Positions 1-7,247 are shown, counted from the stretch's first letter. The stretch is DNA of 64,000 nucleotides from a virus (IMGVR_UViG_3300029904_000002:1-64000), one strand, 5' to 3'. Notes: generated by a model from the letters alone, not told the origin. Translations and numbers: made by a program.

Positions 1-18
1 CTGGGAAAGCATCTTCGA

Positions 19-90
19 TGGGCTATCGCCAAGCGGTAAGGCACAGGACTTTGACTCCTGCATTCGCTGGTTCGAATCCAGCTAGCCCAG
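19..90 (+). tRNA. tRNA-Gln (anticodon TTG)
   Basis: Hand-folded 72-nt cloverleaf: acceptor TGGGCTA/TAGCCCA, anticodon arm CAGGA-CTTTGAC-TCCTG, T-arm GCTGG-TTCGAAT-CCAGC. Confidence 0.85.
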
Positions 91-139
91 CTGATATGTA
101 GAGTAATTCCTCAAATCAATATGATGAACCTCAGTGAAA

Positions 140-152
140 GTATCGTCACTAA
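140..152 (+). promoter_or_regulatory. weak variant of the gAATCGTTAt promoter-like motif (GTATCGTCACTAA)
   Basis: ATCGTCA core as in the 1951 copy; 43 nt upstream of ATG 195; degenerate. Confidence 0.3.
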
Positions 153-194
153 GAAGGTCGAGAAAAGATGTAGTCATTAAGGAGATTGATGTAA

Positions 195-515
195 ATGAAA
201 AGAGTAATAAGAAGCAGTAAAGATCCTGACGTGATCAGAGATCTTACATACACTAAATCAGAATTAGGTGATCAGATACTTCCATATCTCTCAGATGCTG
301 AACATGAATTATCATTAAGGCATAAGATATGCAAGAGTGAGAATACCGTTGAATTTTACGAAGTCATAAAATCTGTAGGAGAAGTATTCTTAGATGATCT
401 AGATATAGATGACGTCAAAGATCACTTACATGATATATGGTACACAAATGAAGGTCTATCTAAATCGGATATCGTTCAAGATATAATAGAATATCTCAGG
501 GTGTCATTATATTAA
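195..515 (+). CDS. hypothetical protein, N-terminus MKRVIRSS
   Basis: ORF track 106 aa; GGAG 10 nt upstream of ATG; N-terminal octapeptide shared with ORFs at 1537 and 39043. Confidence 0.6.
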   Translation: MKRVIRSSKDPDVIRDLTYTKSELGDQILPYLSDAEHELSLRHKICKSENTVEFYEVIKSVGEVFLDDLDIDDVKDHLHDIWYTNEGLSKSDIVQDIIEYLRVSLY

Positions 516-526
516 CTTTTTCACCT

Positions 527-539
527 GCATCGTTAATAT
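527..539 (+). promoter_or_regulatory. gAATCGTTAt promoter-like motif copy (GCATCGTTAATAT)
   Basis: Intergenic, 12 nt after stop of 195..515, 30 nt upstream of small ORF ATG 569. Confidence 0.55.
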
Positions 540-568
540 GATTGTAGATAACATAGAAGGATATTCAC

Positions 569-688
569 ATGTCTCATTCACATAGAAAAATGCATGCATA
601 TGGAGAACGAGATCATGGAGGAAGCTACGTGTTAGATGATTATGAATTCTCTCATAATCATACAACTTCTGCAACTATTCGCAGATGA
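569..688 (+). CDS. small His-rich ORF, 39 aa (MSHSHRKMHAYGERDHGG...)
   Basis: Own translation; below the ORF-track cutoff; preceded by GAAGGA and a motif copy; could be non-coding. Confidence 0.3.
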   Translation: MSHSHRKMHAYGERDHGGSYVLDDYEFSHNHTTSATIRR

Positions 689-750
689 GAGAGAGGCATC
701 TTAAGAAGTATGACAGAAAAGCTTGTAAGAAACTTTGCAAATCAATTTTA

Positions 751-832
751 GCAGATATGGTGGAATGGTAGACACGGCAGACTCAAAATCTGCTGACCTT
801 GAGTCGTAAGAGTTCAAATCTCTTTATCTGCA
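751..832 (+). tRNA. tRNA-Leu (anticodon CAA), type II
   Basis: 82 nt: acceptor GCAGATA/TATCTGC, anticodon arm GCAGA-CTCAAAA-TCTGC, 14-nt variable arm, T-arm AAGAG-TTCAAAT-CTCTT. Confidence 0.85.
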
Positions 833-1020
833 TTACTTCAGCTTAGATGGTTTCTAAATCATGGGTTAGAATCTAAGTTTGAGTACGTAAACTCTGCACT
901 AGAGAACGATAAGTGGGTGCTCCGTTTAGAGTTGTTAGATCGAGTAAAGCAACAACCGTAAGTTTTCCTGTAGCTTACCTAACAAAAACTTGATGACACA
1001 TCGGAAAGACGATGGAGCTC

Positions 1021-1093
1021 GCTGGTGTAGCTCAATTGGCAGAGCAGCTGATTTGTAATCAGCAGGTTAAGAGTTCAAGTCTCTTCATCAGCC
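1021..1093 (+). tRNA. tRNA-Thr (anticodon TGT)
   Basis: 73 nt: acceptor GCTGGTG/CATCAGC, D-arm GCTC-AATTGGCA-GAGC, anticodon arm GCTGA-TTTGTAA-TCAGC, T-arm AAGAG-TTCAAGT-CTCTT. Confidence 0.85.
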
Positions 1094-1416
1094 AGTAGAG
1101 CTAATGGCCCACGTCTTTATAAGACGTCTTAAGGAAGCTTCTGCATTCGATGCAGGCTATGTCAAGAATGCAGCCGAAGGTGACACCGGATACAGTGGCA
1201 CAATCTGCGACATGTCAAGCAGTCACAATAACGGGTATAGCAGATGGCAGAAGGAAAGACTTCCGTAGTCTCGTGTGTAAGATTTCGTTATTGCTAGAGA
1301 TCTGAAGCGAATGGTAGGTTGCAGCCTGTTATAGCAGTAACAGGTGATTAATATGCAATACAAACTGATCACGTTAGAAATCAGGGTTATGGACTTGAGG
1401 CTTGTCCATAATGTAA

Positions 1417-1499
1417 GCGGATATGGCGGAATTGGCATACGCTGAGGACTTAAAATCCTCTGACTTCGAGTCATGTGGGTTCAAGCCCCACTATCCGCA
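1417..1499 (+). tRNA. tRNA-Leu (anticodon TAA), type II
   Basis: 83 nt: acceptor GCGGATA/TATCCGC, anticodon arm GAGGA-CTTAAAA-TCCTC, 14-nt variable arm, T-arm GTGGG-TTCAAGC-CCCAC. Confidence 0.85.
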
Positions 1500-1509
1500 T
1501 CGTTATAGT
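1497..1509 (+). promoter_or_regulatory. gAATCGTTAt promoter-like motif copy (GCATCGTTATAGT)
   Basis: Overlaps the last 3 nt of tRNA-Leu(TAA); 28 nt upstream of ATG 1537. Confidence 0.55.
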
Positions 1510-1536
1510 ATATGACAAAGATAGGAGGTGTATAAG

Positions 1537-1944
1537 ATGAAAAGAGTAATTAGGAGATCAATTCCAATTACAGGAGCTAAAATTCAATCAAAAGGAATCT
1601 TTTGGTACATTCCGGATGATGACAAATTATTAGCGTTTCCATATGATCCTGATCAGTTTCAGAATTCAATTTCTAGGAATGGTTTATCTTATACACACAA
1701 AAAGTTATGGCCTGAAATTTCTGGTAAACTCAAGAAATATCCATACAACTATTTTCCTAGAGGTAGAGTAGAAATTGATAATAAAGGAAGATCTGTAATT
1801 TATATGAATCCTAATATTCCAGATTCAGCTATTTCTGATATCCGATCTGAATTTGGAATAAGAAATGAATCATCTATCATAAAATACGATAGTAGTTCTC
1901 ATTATCTTTGTTATTTAGATGACAGATGGAAAGCTGATAAATAA
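1537..1944 (+). CDS. hypothetical protein, N-terminus MKRVIRRS
   Basis: ORF track 1528..1944; start moved to ATG 1537 (GGAGG at 1524-1528, 8-nt spacer); sits inside the tRNA array. Confidence 0.6.
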   Translation: MKRVIRRSIPITGAKIQSKGIFWYIPDDDKLLAFPYDPDQFQNSISRNGLSYTHKKLWPEISGKLKKYPYNYFPRGRVEIDNKGRSVIYMNPNIPDSAISDIRSEFGIRNESSIIKYDSSSHYLCYLDDRWKADK

Positions 1945-1950
1945 TTCTTA

Positions 1951-1963
1951 GCATCGTCATAAT
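1951..1963 (+). promoter_or_regulatory. promoter-like motif variant (GCATCGTCATAAT)
   Basis: 7 nt after stop of 1537..1944; next downstream gene is tRNA-Leu(TAG) at 2094. Confidence 0.45.
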
Positions 1964-2093
1964 AAGTGTAGAAAATAAATAGGTTGTAACCAAGATAGCT
2001 AGAATGAAATGCGAGTGTACTAGTTATCAAAAAGTTTTATAAAAAGATATTGAGAGATTCGCATACTTTCGATAAATCTTACCTATTTTACTT

Positions 2094-2174
2094 GCCGATG
2101 TGGTGTAAGGGAAGCCACGCTGGTCTTAGGAACCAGTGCCGCAAGGCGTGCAGGTTCGACTCCTGTCATCGGCA
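2094..2174 (+). tRNA. tRNA-Leu (anticodon TAG), type II
   Basis: 81 nt: acceptor GCCGATG/CATCGGC, anticodon arm CTGGT-CTTAGGA-ACCAG, 13-nt variable arm, T-arm GCAGG-TTCGACT-CCTGT. Confidence 0.8.
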
Positions 2175-2202
2175 TCCACATCTTATGATAATTCTACTTT
2201 CT

Positions 2203-2215
2203 GAATCGTTATAAG
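2203..2215 (+). promoter_or_regulatory. gAATCGTTAt promoter-like motif copy (GAATCGTTATAAG)
   Basis: Lies in the loop and 3' arm of a 10-bp inverted repeat CACATCTTAT (2177-2186) / ATAAGATGTG (2211-2220); tRNA-Asn lies downstream. Confidence 0.45.
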
Positions 2216-2450
2216 ATGTGTGAATAAAATATAAAAACTTTAGAAACATATTCAATAGGATTGATTCGGTGGATGTACATAGCTACAAAAGAAGTCGGTC
2301 AATTGAGAAATGTGCTAGTTTATACGATGTGTAACATATCAGCGTCAGTTACCTAGGCTGGTTTACTCGGGACACACATCTTAAGTTCTAGCAAAAAGCT
2401 TTACGCCTTTCAAATATGTATAATGACTGACTTAAAAAGTCAGTCATCAA

Positions 2451-2524
2451 TGCCTCATAGCTCAGAAGAGTAGAGCGCTTGACTGTTAATCAAGATGTCG
2501 CAGGTTCGAGTCCTGCTGAGGCAG
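2451..2524 (+). tRNA. tRNA-Asn (anticodon GTT)
   Basis: 74 nt: acceptor TGCCTCA/TGAGGCA, anticodon arm CTTGA-CTGTTAA-TCAAG, T-arm GCAGG-TTCGAGT-CCTGC; D-loop lacks the usual GG. Confidence 0.8.
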
Positions 2525-2792
2525 TTTGCTTGATAATCAGTTATCAAGCATAGGTACTTAGGTTTTGCCTATCTAAAGCTATAGTAGCCGAAGTGATTAG
2601 TAGGTGCAAAGATAGGTGTCTAATCGGGTTGAAATCTTGTTATTGTACCAAGATTCCGAAGACATAAAGGTACGTACAATATGATTAAGTTATCCTAGTT
2701 TGCTTAATCATTAAAAATAACTAGGTAGTTGCGGATCCTGTACTATCGCTAAATGCCGCTCAAGTTCAATACTAAAAGTTGAACATGATTTA

Positions 2793-2865
2793 GGCGGATT
2801 AGTCAAGTGGTCAAGACGACGCCCTTTCACGGCGTAAGCGCTCGGTTCGAGTCCGGCATCCGTCA
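2793..2865 (+). tRNA. tRNA-Glu (anticodon TTC)
   Basis: 73 nt: acceptor GGCGGAT/ATCCGTC (one G-U), anticodon arm ACGCC-CTTTCAC-GGCGT, T-loop TTCGAGT; one mismatch at the top of the T-stem. Confidence 0.7.
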
Positions 2866-3073
2866 TTTGCTCAAGTAACTGAGCAACTAATCAAATATAA
2901 CCATCTACGGTGTAGGCATATCAGTTACGTCCACGATATGCTGAGGTGTAAGAGGATGAATTGGGAAGATGGTCCGGAGGATGATTAGTTAAACGTTAGT
3001 CACACAATTGCTACTAGTGTGCACAGAGTCATTGAATGCAAACGATGGTAGCACATCGGCCATTGTCTCTGTA

Positions 3074-3142
3074 GGCAGTAGGTGTAAGGCGCACACGTAT
3101 ATCAAGGATATACGAGGGAAGGTTCAATTCCTTCTACTGTCA
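3074..3142 (+). tRNA. atypical 69-nt tRNA, anticodon unresolved
   Basis: Acceptor GGCAGTA/TACTGTC, 3-bp D-stem with loop AAGGCGC, T-arm GAAGG-TTCAATT-CCTTC. The anticodon hairpin GTATAT-CAAGG-ATATAC has only a 5-nt loop; forcing 7 nt gives TCAAGGA with C at position 33. Confidence 0.45.
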
Positions 3143-3364
3143 TCTGATTCTTGTCCGGTAGGTCCGAAGAATCAGGAAATGCGGATAACGTCAGATATGC
3201 AAGTGTCTGCAACGTAAACTTGAAGCATAAGTCTTGCAACTTATGTAGAGGCACGCTAAGTGGTGAGAGGTCAAAGGATCAGCTTATATGCGTAGCAAGT
3301 GATAGTATGCCTAAATCATTGAGTAAGCGACCTAGGAGCTGAAATATGATCAATACTATTGCGT

Positions 3365-3431
3365 ACATGTATAGTGTAGTGGTTAGCACACATAGAGATA
3401 TGTAGGAGTTGTTCGAATCGGCTTGCATGTA
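3365..3431 (+). ncRNA. tRNA-like element or tRNA pseudogene (anticodon loop reduced to a tetraloop)
   Basis: Acceptor ACATGTA/TGCATGT, canonical D-arm GTGT-AGTGGTTA-GCAC, T-arm AGTTG-TTCGAAT-CGGCT; anticodon position is ACATA-GAGA-TATGT; 67 nt. Confidence 0.45.
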
Positions 3432-3583
3432 TTGAGAATATCTATTCCAGATGAAGTCAAACTGGACATTATTGTATCATATGTGATGCATAAACGTGAT
3501 AAAATAGGGATCTAAGGGAGCTCCAACAAACAGCGGTCTATAATGTGATCGACCGTACAAAGTATAGATATTCTCATAATTAA

Positions 3584-3669
3584 GGGAGAGCGGTGATGAT
3601 GGCGGAATCACGGCAGACTGTAAATCTGTTACATTAGAAACGTTGCAGGTTCGACTCCTGCCTCTCTCA
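3584..3669 (+). tRNA. tRNA-Tyr (anticodon GTA), type II
   Basis: 86 nt: acceptor GGGAGAG/CTCTCTC, D-arm GTGA-(11 nt)-TCAC, anticodon arm GCAGA-CTGTAAA-TCTGT, 15-nt variable region, T-arm GCAGG-TTCGACT-CCTGC. Confidence 0.8.
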
Positions 3670-4033
3670 TTGAGGTAATCCTCACATGACGCATTGGGTA
3701 CAAAGTAATGCGTTGAAGGTCTAGACAAAATGTATAGAACATGTAATTATAACATGTTGCAAGGTTTGCAAAACTAGGCAAGTATGCATGTTAATTAAAT
3801 CTAATGGTAGAACCTTTGAAGTGTAAACATGTATTGAAACGTAATATATAAGTGAAAAATAGCTTAATTACGCGAATGTGAATATAGTACTTCATAAAAC
3901 ATAATTGAAATGTCTGATCAACATTCATGCATACGAATTTCAAATGAATAGGATGCATATCAAAACTGCATGGAGTGAAATTCATGTAGCTGTTCTCATA
4001 TAGAGGATATGCATCTGAAATTCTACAATAATT

Positions 4034-4107
4034 GGCTCTGTAGTTCAGTTGGTTAGAACGCTTGCCTGTCACGCAAGAGGTCGTCAGTTCGAATCTGATC
4101 AGAGTCG
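4034..4107 (+). tRNA. tRNA-Asp (anticodon GTC)
   Basis: 74 nt: acceptor GGCTCTG/CAGAGTC, D-arm GTTC-AGTTGGTTA-GAAC, anticodon arm CTTGC-CTGTCAC-GCAAG, T-arm GTCAG-TTCGAAT-CTGAT. Confidence 0.88.
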
Positions 4108-4109
4108 TT

Positions 4110-4195
4110 AGCTGTATAGTATAATGGTAGACGTCTAAAGATATCATTACACTCTATTGTTAAGAGAGATGCAAGTTCGATTCTTGCTGCAGCTG
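4110..4195 (+). ncRNA. tRNA-like element, 86 nt, non-canonical core
   Basis: Acceptor AGCTGTA/TGCAGCT and T-arm GCAAG-TTCGATT-CTTGC are canonical. The D region is weak, about 18 extra nt (4133-4150) follow, and the only anticodon-like hairpin is CTCT-ATTGTTA-AGAG. Confidence 0.4.
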
Positions 4196-4208
4196 GCTCA
4201 GAGATACG

Positions 4209-4275
4209 CCGGATGTTTTAGGGCGCTGGTGTAGGTCACCTTTAGGTGGAAGAGTTCGAATCTCTTAGGGTCCGG
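4209..4275 (+). ncRNA. tRNA-like element (T-arm plus closing helix only)
   Basis: T-arm AAGAG-TTCGAAT-CTCTT; closing helix CCGGAT/GTCCGG, extended by GATACG (4203-4208) / CGTATC (4284-4289); internal hairpin CACC-TTTA-GGTG; no cloverleaf found. Confidence 0.3.
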
Positions 4276-4309
4276 AACGCTAACGTATCTTGTGACAAAC
4301 CTATGACGA

Positions 4310-4384
4310 GGACCATTAGCTCAGTTGGTTAGCAGCATTTGTCTCATAAACAAAAGGTCCTGGGTTCGAGTCCCAGATGGTCCA
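4310..4384 (+). tRNA. tRNA with anticodon CAT (elongator Met or Ile2; not initiator-like)
   Basis: 75 nt: acceptor GGACCAT/ATGGTCC, anticodon arm TTTGT-CTCATAA-ACAAA (no GGG/CCC initiator signature), T-arm CTGGG-TTCGAGT-CCCAG. Confidence 0.8.
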
Positions 4385-4386
4385 TT

Positions 4387-4476
4387 GGGGTTACATAACT
4401 AGGATATGTTATGATCTACATGATTGAGCATGCTATACATCATGTAGATGATTCGGGTTTGATTCCCGAGCCCCTC
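4387..4476 (+). ncRNA. tRNA-like element with an 11-bp extended central hairpin
   Basis: GGGGTT/AGCCCC closing helix, T-arm-like CGGG-TTTGATT-CCCG, hairpin CATAAC-(8 nt incl. GG)-GTTATG, and an 11-bp stem ATCTACATGAT/ATCATGTAGAT with a 14-nt loop. Confidence 0.35.
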
Positions 4477-4515
4477 TCCGCTCGTTTTACATTTTGATAA
4501 GAAGGAGGAAACAAT

Positions 4516-4842
4516 GTGGAAACACGAAATGTGACGCAGTATCATGTTTATCTTCTAGTGCTAAACACATTCGGAAGAGCAGAAGAGGTGGGAATTGCTG
4601 CAGTTTCTACTGATTATGATCATCTTGTTAGCTGGTATCACGATCAGTTTGCAGAATCTAAATGGAGAGATGCTTCGGGATTCATCCATACTTTCAAGGA
4701 AGGCAGTCCTATAGAAAACTATAATCCTTGCTCGTCCATTGTTCTCAATCAATTAGGGTGTTTTGGAGACGGGATAAAAGATGAATGGGTTGATCAATCT
4801 TCATTTGAAACAATTCCAGGAAGATTTTATTTCTTAGGATAA
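4516..4842 (+). CDS. hypothetical protein
   Basis: ORF track 108 aa; GTG start 7 nt after GGAGG (4504-4508); the overlapping ATG 4514 frame stops after 6 codons. Confidence 0.5.
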   Translation: METRNVTQYHVYLLVLNTFGRAEEVGIAAVSTDYDHLVSWYHDQFAESKWRDASGFIHTFKEGSPIENYNPCSSIVLNQLGCFGDGIKDEWVDQSSFETIPGRFYFLG

Positions 4843-4866
4843 ATGGTATCACAGTATACCATCAAA

Positions 4867-4981
4867 AGGGGATTACGGTAATGGAATCCGCCAAATCTCG
4901 AGTTCTACTTTCTAGAAGATGAATGATGACAGAGGAGGGACTTGTATAACAAGTTTGATAGTTCGAATCTATCATCCCCTA
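4867..4981 (+). ncRNA. expanded tRNA-like gene, 115 nt
   Basis: Perfect acceptor AGGGGAT/ATCCCCT, D-arm CGG-TAATGGAAT-CCG, T-arm GATAG-TTCGAAT-CTATC. About 66 nt lie between the D- and T-arms, including hairpins TTCTA-CTTTC-TAGAA and ACTTG-TATAA-CAAGT. Confidence 0.5.
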
Positions 4982-5161
4982 TTAACTTAATTCATGGAGT
5001 ACAAGTGGTACCATTTGAAGGAGAGACTTGAAATCTCACACCCGTGGAGTTTACCCGAGGGAAATTTGAATTACAGTTACACGGAGTAAAGTAGCCATGC
5101 CCGTGTCAATACAACTGTACATTGTATTTGAGAAGCTTGCTAGCAGCACATGGTGAAGCCT

Positions 5162-5252
5162 GGAGGATTGTCCCAGTGGTATGAGGAACTGGAAACTGCA
5201 GTGATAAAAATTGTGACCAGAAAATGCGATAGTTCGAATCTATCATCCTCCA
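5162..5252 (+). ncRNA. expanded tRNA-like gene, 91 nt (paralogue of 4867..4981)
   Basis: Perfect acceptor GGAGGAT/ATCCTCC and a T-arm GATAG-TTCGAAT-CTATC identical to 4867..4981, D-arm TCC-(11 nt)-GGA; central CTGG/CCAG helix encloses 24 nt. Confidence 0.5.
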
Positions 5253-5408
5253 TTTAGAAAACCTAAAATACAAGGTCAACCCCATGTAGTCCTTTAGATG
5301 TACGTCAAAGTCTCTATAAAATAGAAGTGGGTCACAAGAACAGTTTAAGAAACTGCACAGTTATCGTAAGAATGGTCTGTTGCTAATTAAAACCTTGGTT
5401 TTCTATAA

Positions 5409-5497
5409 GCAGGATTACCCAAGTGGTTGAAGGGAGTGGTCTTGAAAACCACCAGGCGGATAGCATCCGTGCCAGAGTTCAAATCTCTGATCCTGCG
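5409..5497 (+). tRNA. tRNA-Ser (anticodon TGA), type II
   Basis: 89 nt: acceptor GCAGGAT/ATCCTGC, anticodon arm GTGGT-CTTGAAA-ACCAC, 20-nt variable arm with CGGAT/ATCCG stem, T-arm CAGAG-TTCAAAT-CTCTG. Confidence 0.85.
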
Positions 5498-5677
5498 TTT
5501 ACTTGTCAAGATCAACTATTCATACCTAGGCAATTTGAATAGAGAGTCTTAGGGAGACGATCTCCTACTTCGAGTGAAATAAAGAAGTGTGCAACATTAT
5601 GCGATATAGGTAGCTCTTATACGAATTGTGGAATATGATGCAGTCCACTGTATATTAGACGAAGACAAGTATTAAAT

Positions 5678-5831
5678 TTACATGTAGCTCAACGGTAGAG
5701 CATCCTGTATATCAGGAAGTGACGAATGATATATCAATAGACTGTTGATATGAATAAGTCAGATAAAATAATTGAATGATTTAGTCACAGGAAATTACTT
5801 CATAATCAAGGTTCAAATCCTTGCATGTAAA
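5678..5831 (+). ncRNA. interrupted tRNA-like gene, 154 nt
   Basis: Acceptor TTACATG/CATGTAA, canonical D-arm GCTC-AACGGTA-GAGC, T-arm CAAGG-TTCAAAT-CCTTG. TCCTG-TATAT-CAGGA hairpin is followed by a 70-nt insert closed by GTGAC (5719-5723) / GTCAC (5784-5788); CAGGA is repeated at 5713 and 5788. Confidence 0.5.
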
Positions 5832-6226
5832 TTAGAATACTAGAATAAAGGTCAAGGAAAGGTATCACCTGATAGACACCTAGACTACGTAGAAGGTAAA
5901 CCTGCATGTACGATCCAAAGTTCTATCTGATTCAGTATTCATCACAAAACCTGCCGTCAAGCCATTGCTTATTTTATCTACTATAGACGCACAAAAGTGC
6001 GATAGATGAATAGGCGAGGTGTAGTATATTAGGGTACAGTTCCGGCTTAAATTGACGTAAACCGTAAGCAGACGAGGACACAAAGTGAACAGTGCTATCT
6101 TCTCACAGTCGACACAGACCAACGGAGCTCGAATAAAGGTATCACTTAGTAGCGGAAACTCAAATCACTTACAAATGCTATTAAGTTCTGAGGGTCTTAA
6201 TAGAGAACTTCACACATTCCCGGTGA

Positions 6227-6269
6227 AGAGCTGATATTGATAGTTTTAGACTCTATTGATATCAGCTCT
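6227..6269 (+). terminator. 17-bp stem-loop at the end of the tRNA region
   Basis: AGAGCTGATATTGATAG / CTATTGATATCAGCTCT (2 G-U pairs), 9-nt loop, followed by TTTC; directly precedes a motif copy. Confidence 0.55.
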
Positions 6270-6277
6270 TTCACTAT

Positions 6278-6290
6278 GCATCGTTATATG
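6278..6290 (+). promoter_or_regulatory. gAATCGTTAt promoter-like motif copy (GCATCGTTATATG)
   Basis: After the 6227-6269 hairpin; 51 nt upstream of ATG 6341. Confidence 0.6.
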
Positions 6291-6340
6291 ATGTAGAAGA
6301 TAATATCAATGATTCAAGAGAATGTGAGGTATTTATTACG

Positions 6341-7054
6341 ATGACAAACAATTCTGTTTCAATAAATATGGATTCTGCATATCTTTTCAAGAAGGGAAAG
6401 AATGGAAGATTTGTTTCTTATGATGATTATGGTAAGGTAATTATTGCAGAAAATTGCATTAAACCTGGATACTACATGATAAATAAAATTGTTAGAGATC
6501 TTAAGAAGTGTTGCATAGTCGAAGTATCTGAAGAAGTGTTAGTTGATTACTACGAAGGAATGAGATATGATCAGTTCAAGAATCTTCTTAAGATGAGAGG
6601 ATATGAGATTGCTTATGAACTTCCTTTCAACAATCCTCATTCTAGAAGTTTACCAGTAGTCGAATATCAGATGGTTGCATACAATTCTAGATTGAATATT
6701 GTTATCATTACAGAAACATTTTCGTTGTATGATGAATATACATTCAATACCATAGACTGCTACTGTTACGGAACAAGTGTATTTGATAATATGAAAGCAC
6801 AGTTCGTAAGTCGTGGAGGTTCAGAAGAATGTGTATTCAATATTGGTACATATCATAATGTTACCTGGATAAAGCCTCTTCAGTTTGTAGAAAGCAGAGC
6901 ATGTAAAGATGCCGAGAAGGGTACTTTTGATCTTCCTAGTTGTTTTACATATGCAGATGATGATGTATGCAAACATCTTGATGAGTATAGGGATAGATTC
7001 TTAAGTTTGATTCCTGATGAACTCAGAATTTGGTTTAGATCTTATAAGGGGTAG
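6341..7054 (+). CDS. hypothetical protein
   Basis: ORF track 237 aa; no motif recognised. Confidence 0.7.
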   Translation: MTNNSVSINMDSAYLFKKGKNGRFVSYDDYGKVIIAENCIKPGYYMINKIVRDLKKCCIVEVSEEVLVDYYEGMRYDQFKNLLKMRGYEIAYELPFNNPHSRSLPVVEYQMVAYNSRLNIVIITETFSLYDEYTFNTIDCYCYGTSVFDNMKAQFVSRGGSEECVFNIGTYHNVTWIKPLQFVESRACKDAEKGTFDLPSCFTYADDDVCKHLDEYRDRFLSLIPDELRIWFRSYKG

Positions 7055-7058
7055 GTAA

Positions 7059-7244
7059 ATGGCAAAAGATAGAATTGAACCATGTAAATTTTATATTTGT
7101 GAAGGTCAGTGTACAAAGAATAGATCTGCAAGTCATAAAAGTTACTGCCAGAAATGTTCTAAGTATGTTCCTCGTGTACGCACGAAACATGCTAATCAGA
7201 AGAAGCAAAAGCTTGAGAAAATACGAGAAAATGAGGGGTACTGA
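7059..7244 (+). CDS. small basic Cys-rich protein (possible zinc-binding)
   Basis: ORF track 61 aa; CKFYICEGQC...CQKC plus a Lys/Arg-rich tail. Confidence 0.55.
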   Translation: MAKDRIEPCKFYICEGQCTKNRSASHKSYCQKCSKYVPRVRTKHANQKKQKLEKIRENEGY

Positions 7245-7247
7245 TGG

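Noticed and set aside
3044-3142. A possible 99-nt selenocysteine-type or long-arm tRNA using acceptor GATGGTA/TACTGTC.
   Set aside because: I found no TCA anticodon loop and no 6-bp D-stem. A shorter 69-nt fold starting at 3074 (GGCAGTA/TACTGTC) explains the T-arm and acceptor better.
1223-6122. ORF-track entries inside the tRNA array (1223..1474 -, 3008..3217 +, 3151..3342 +, 3477..3728 -, 3791..4147 -, 5880..6122 -).
   Set aside because: They overlap well-folded tRNAs or tRNA-like elements, have no SD, and have odd low-complexity or Cys-rich composition. I treat them as chance ORFs in RNA-coding DNA.
1-6300. Suppressor tRNAs or stop-codon recoding.
   Set aside because: None of the folded anticodon loops reads CTA, TTA or TCA. 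The long late genes are uninterrupted in the standard code.
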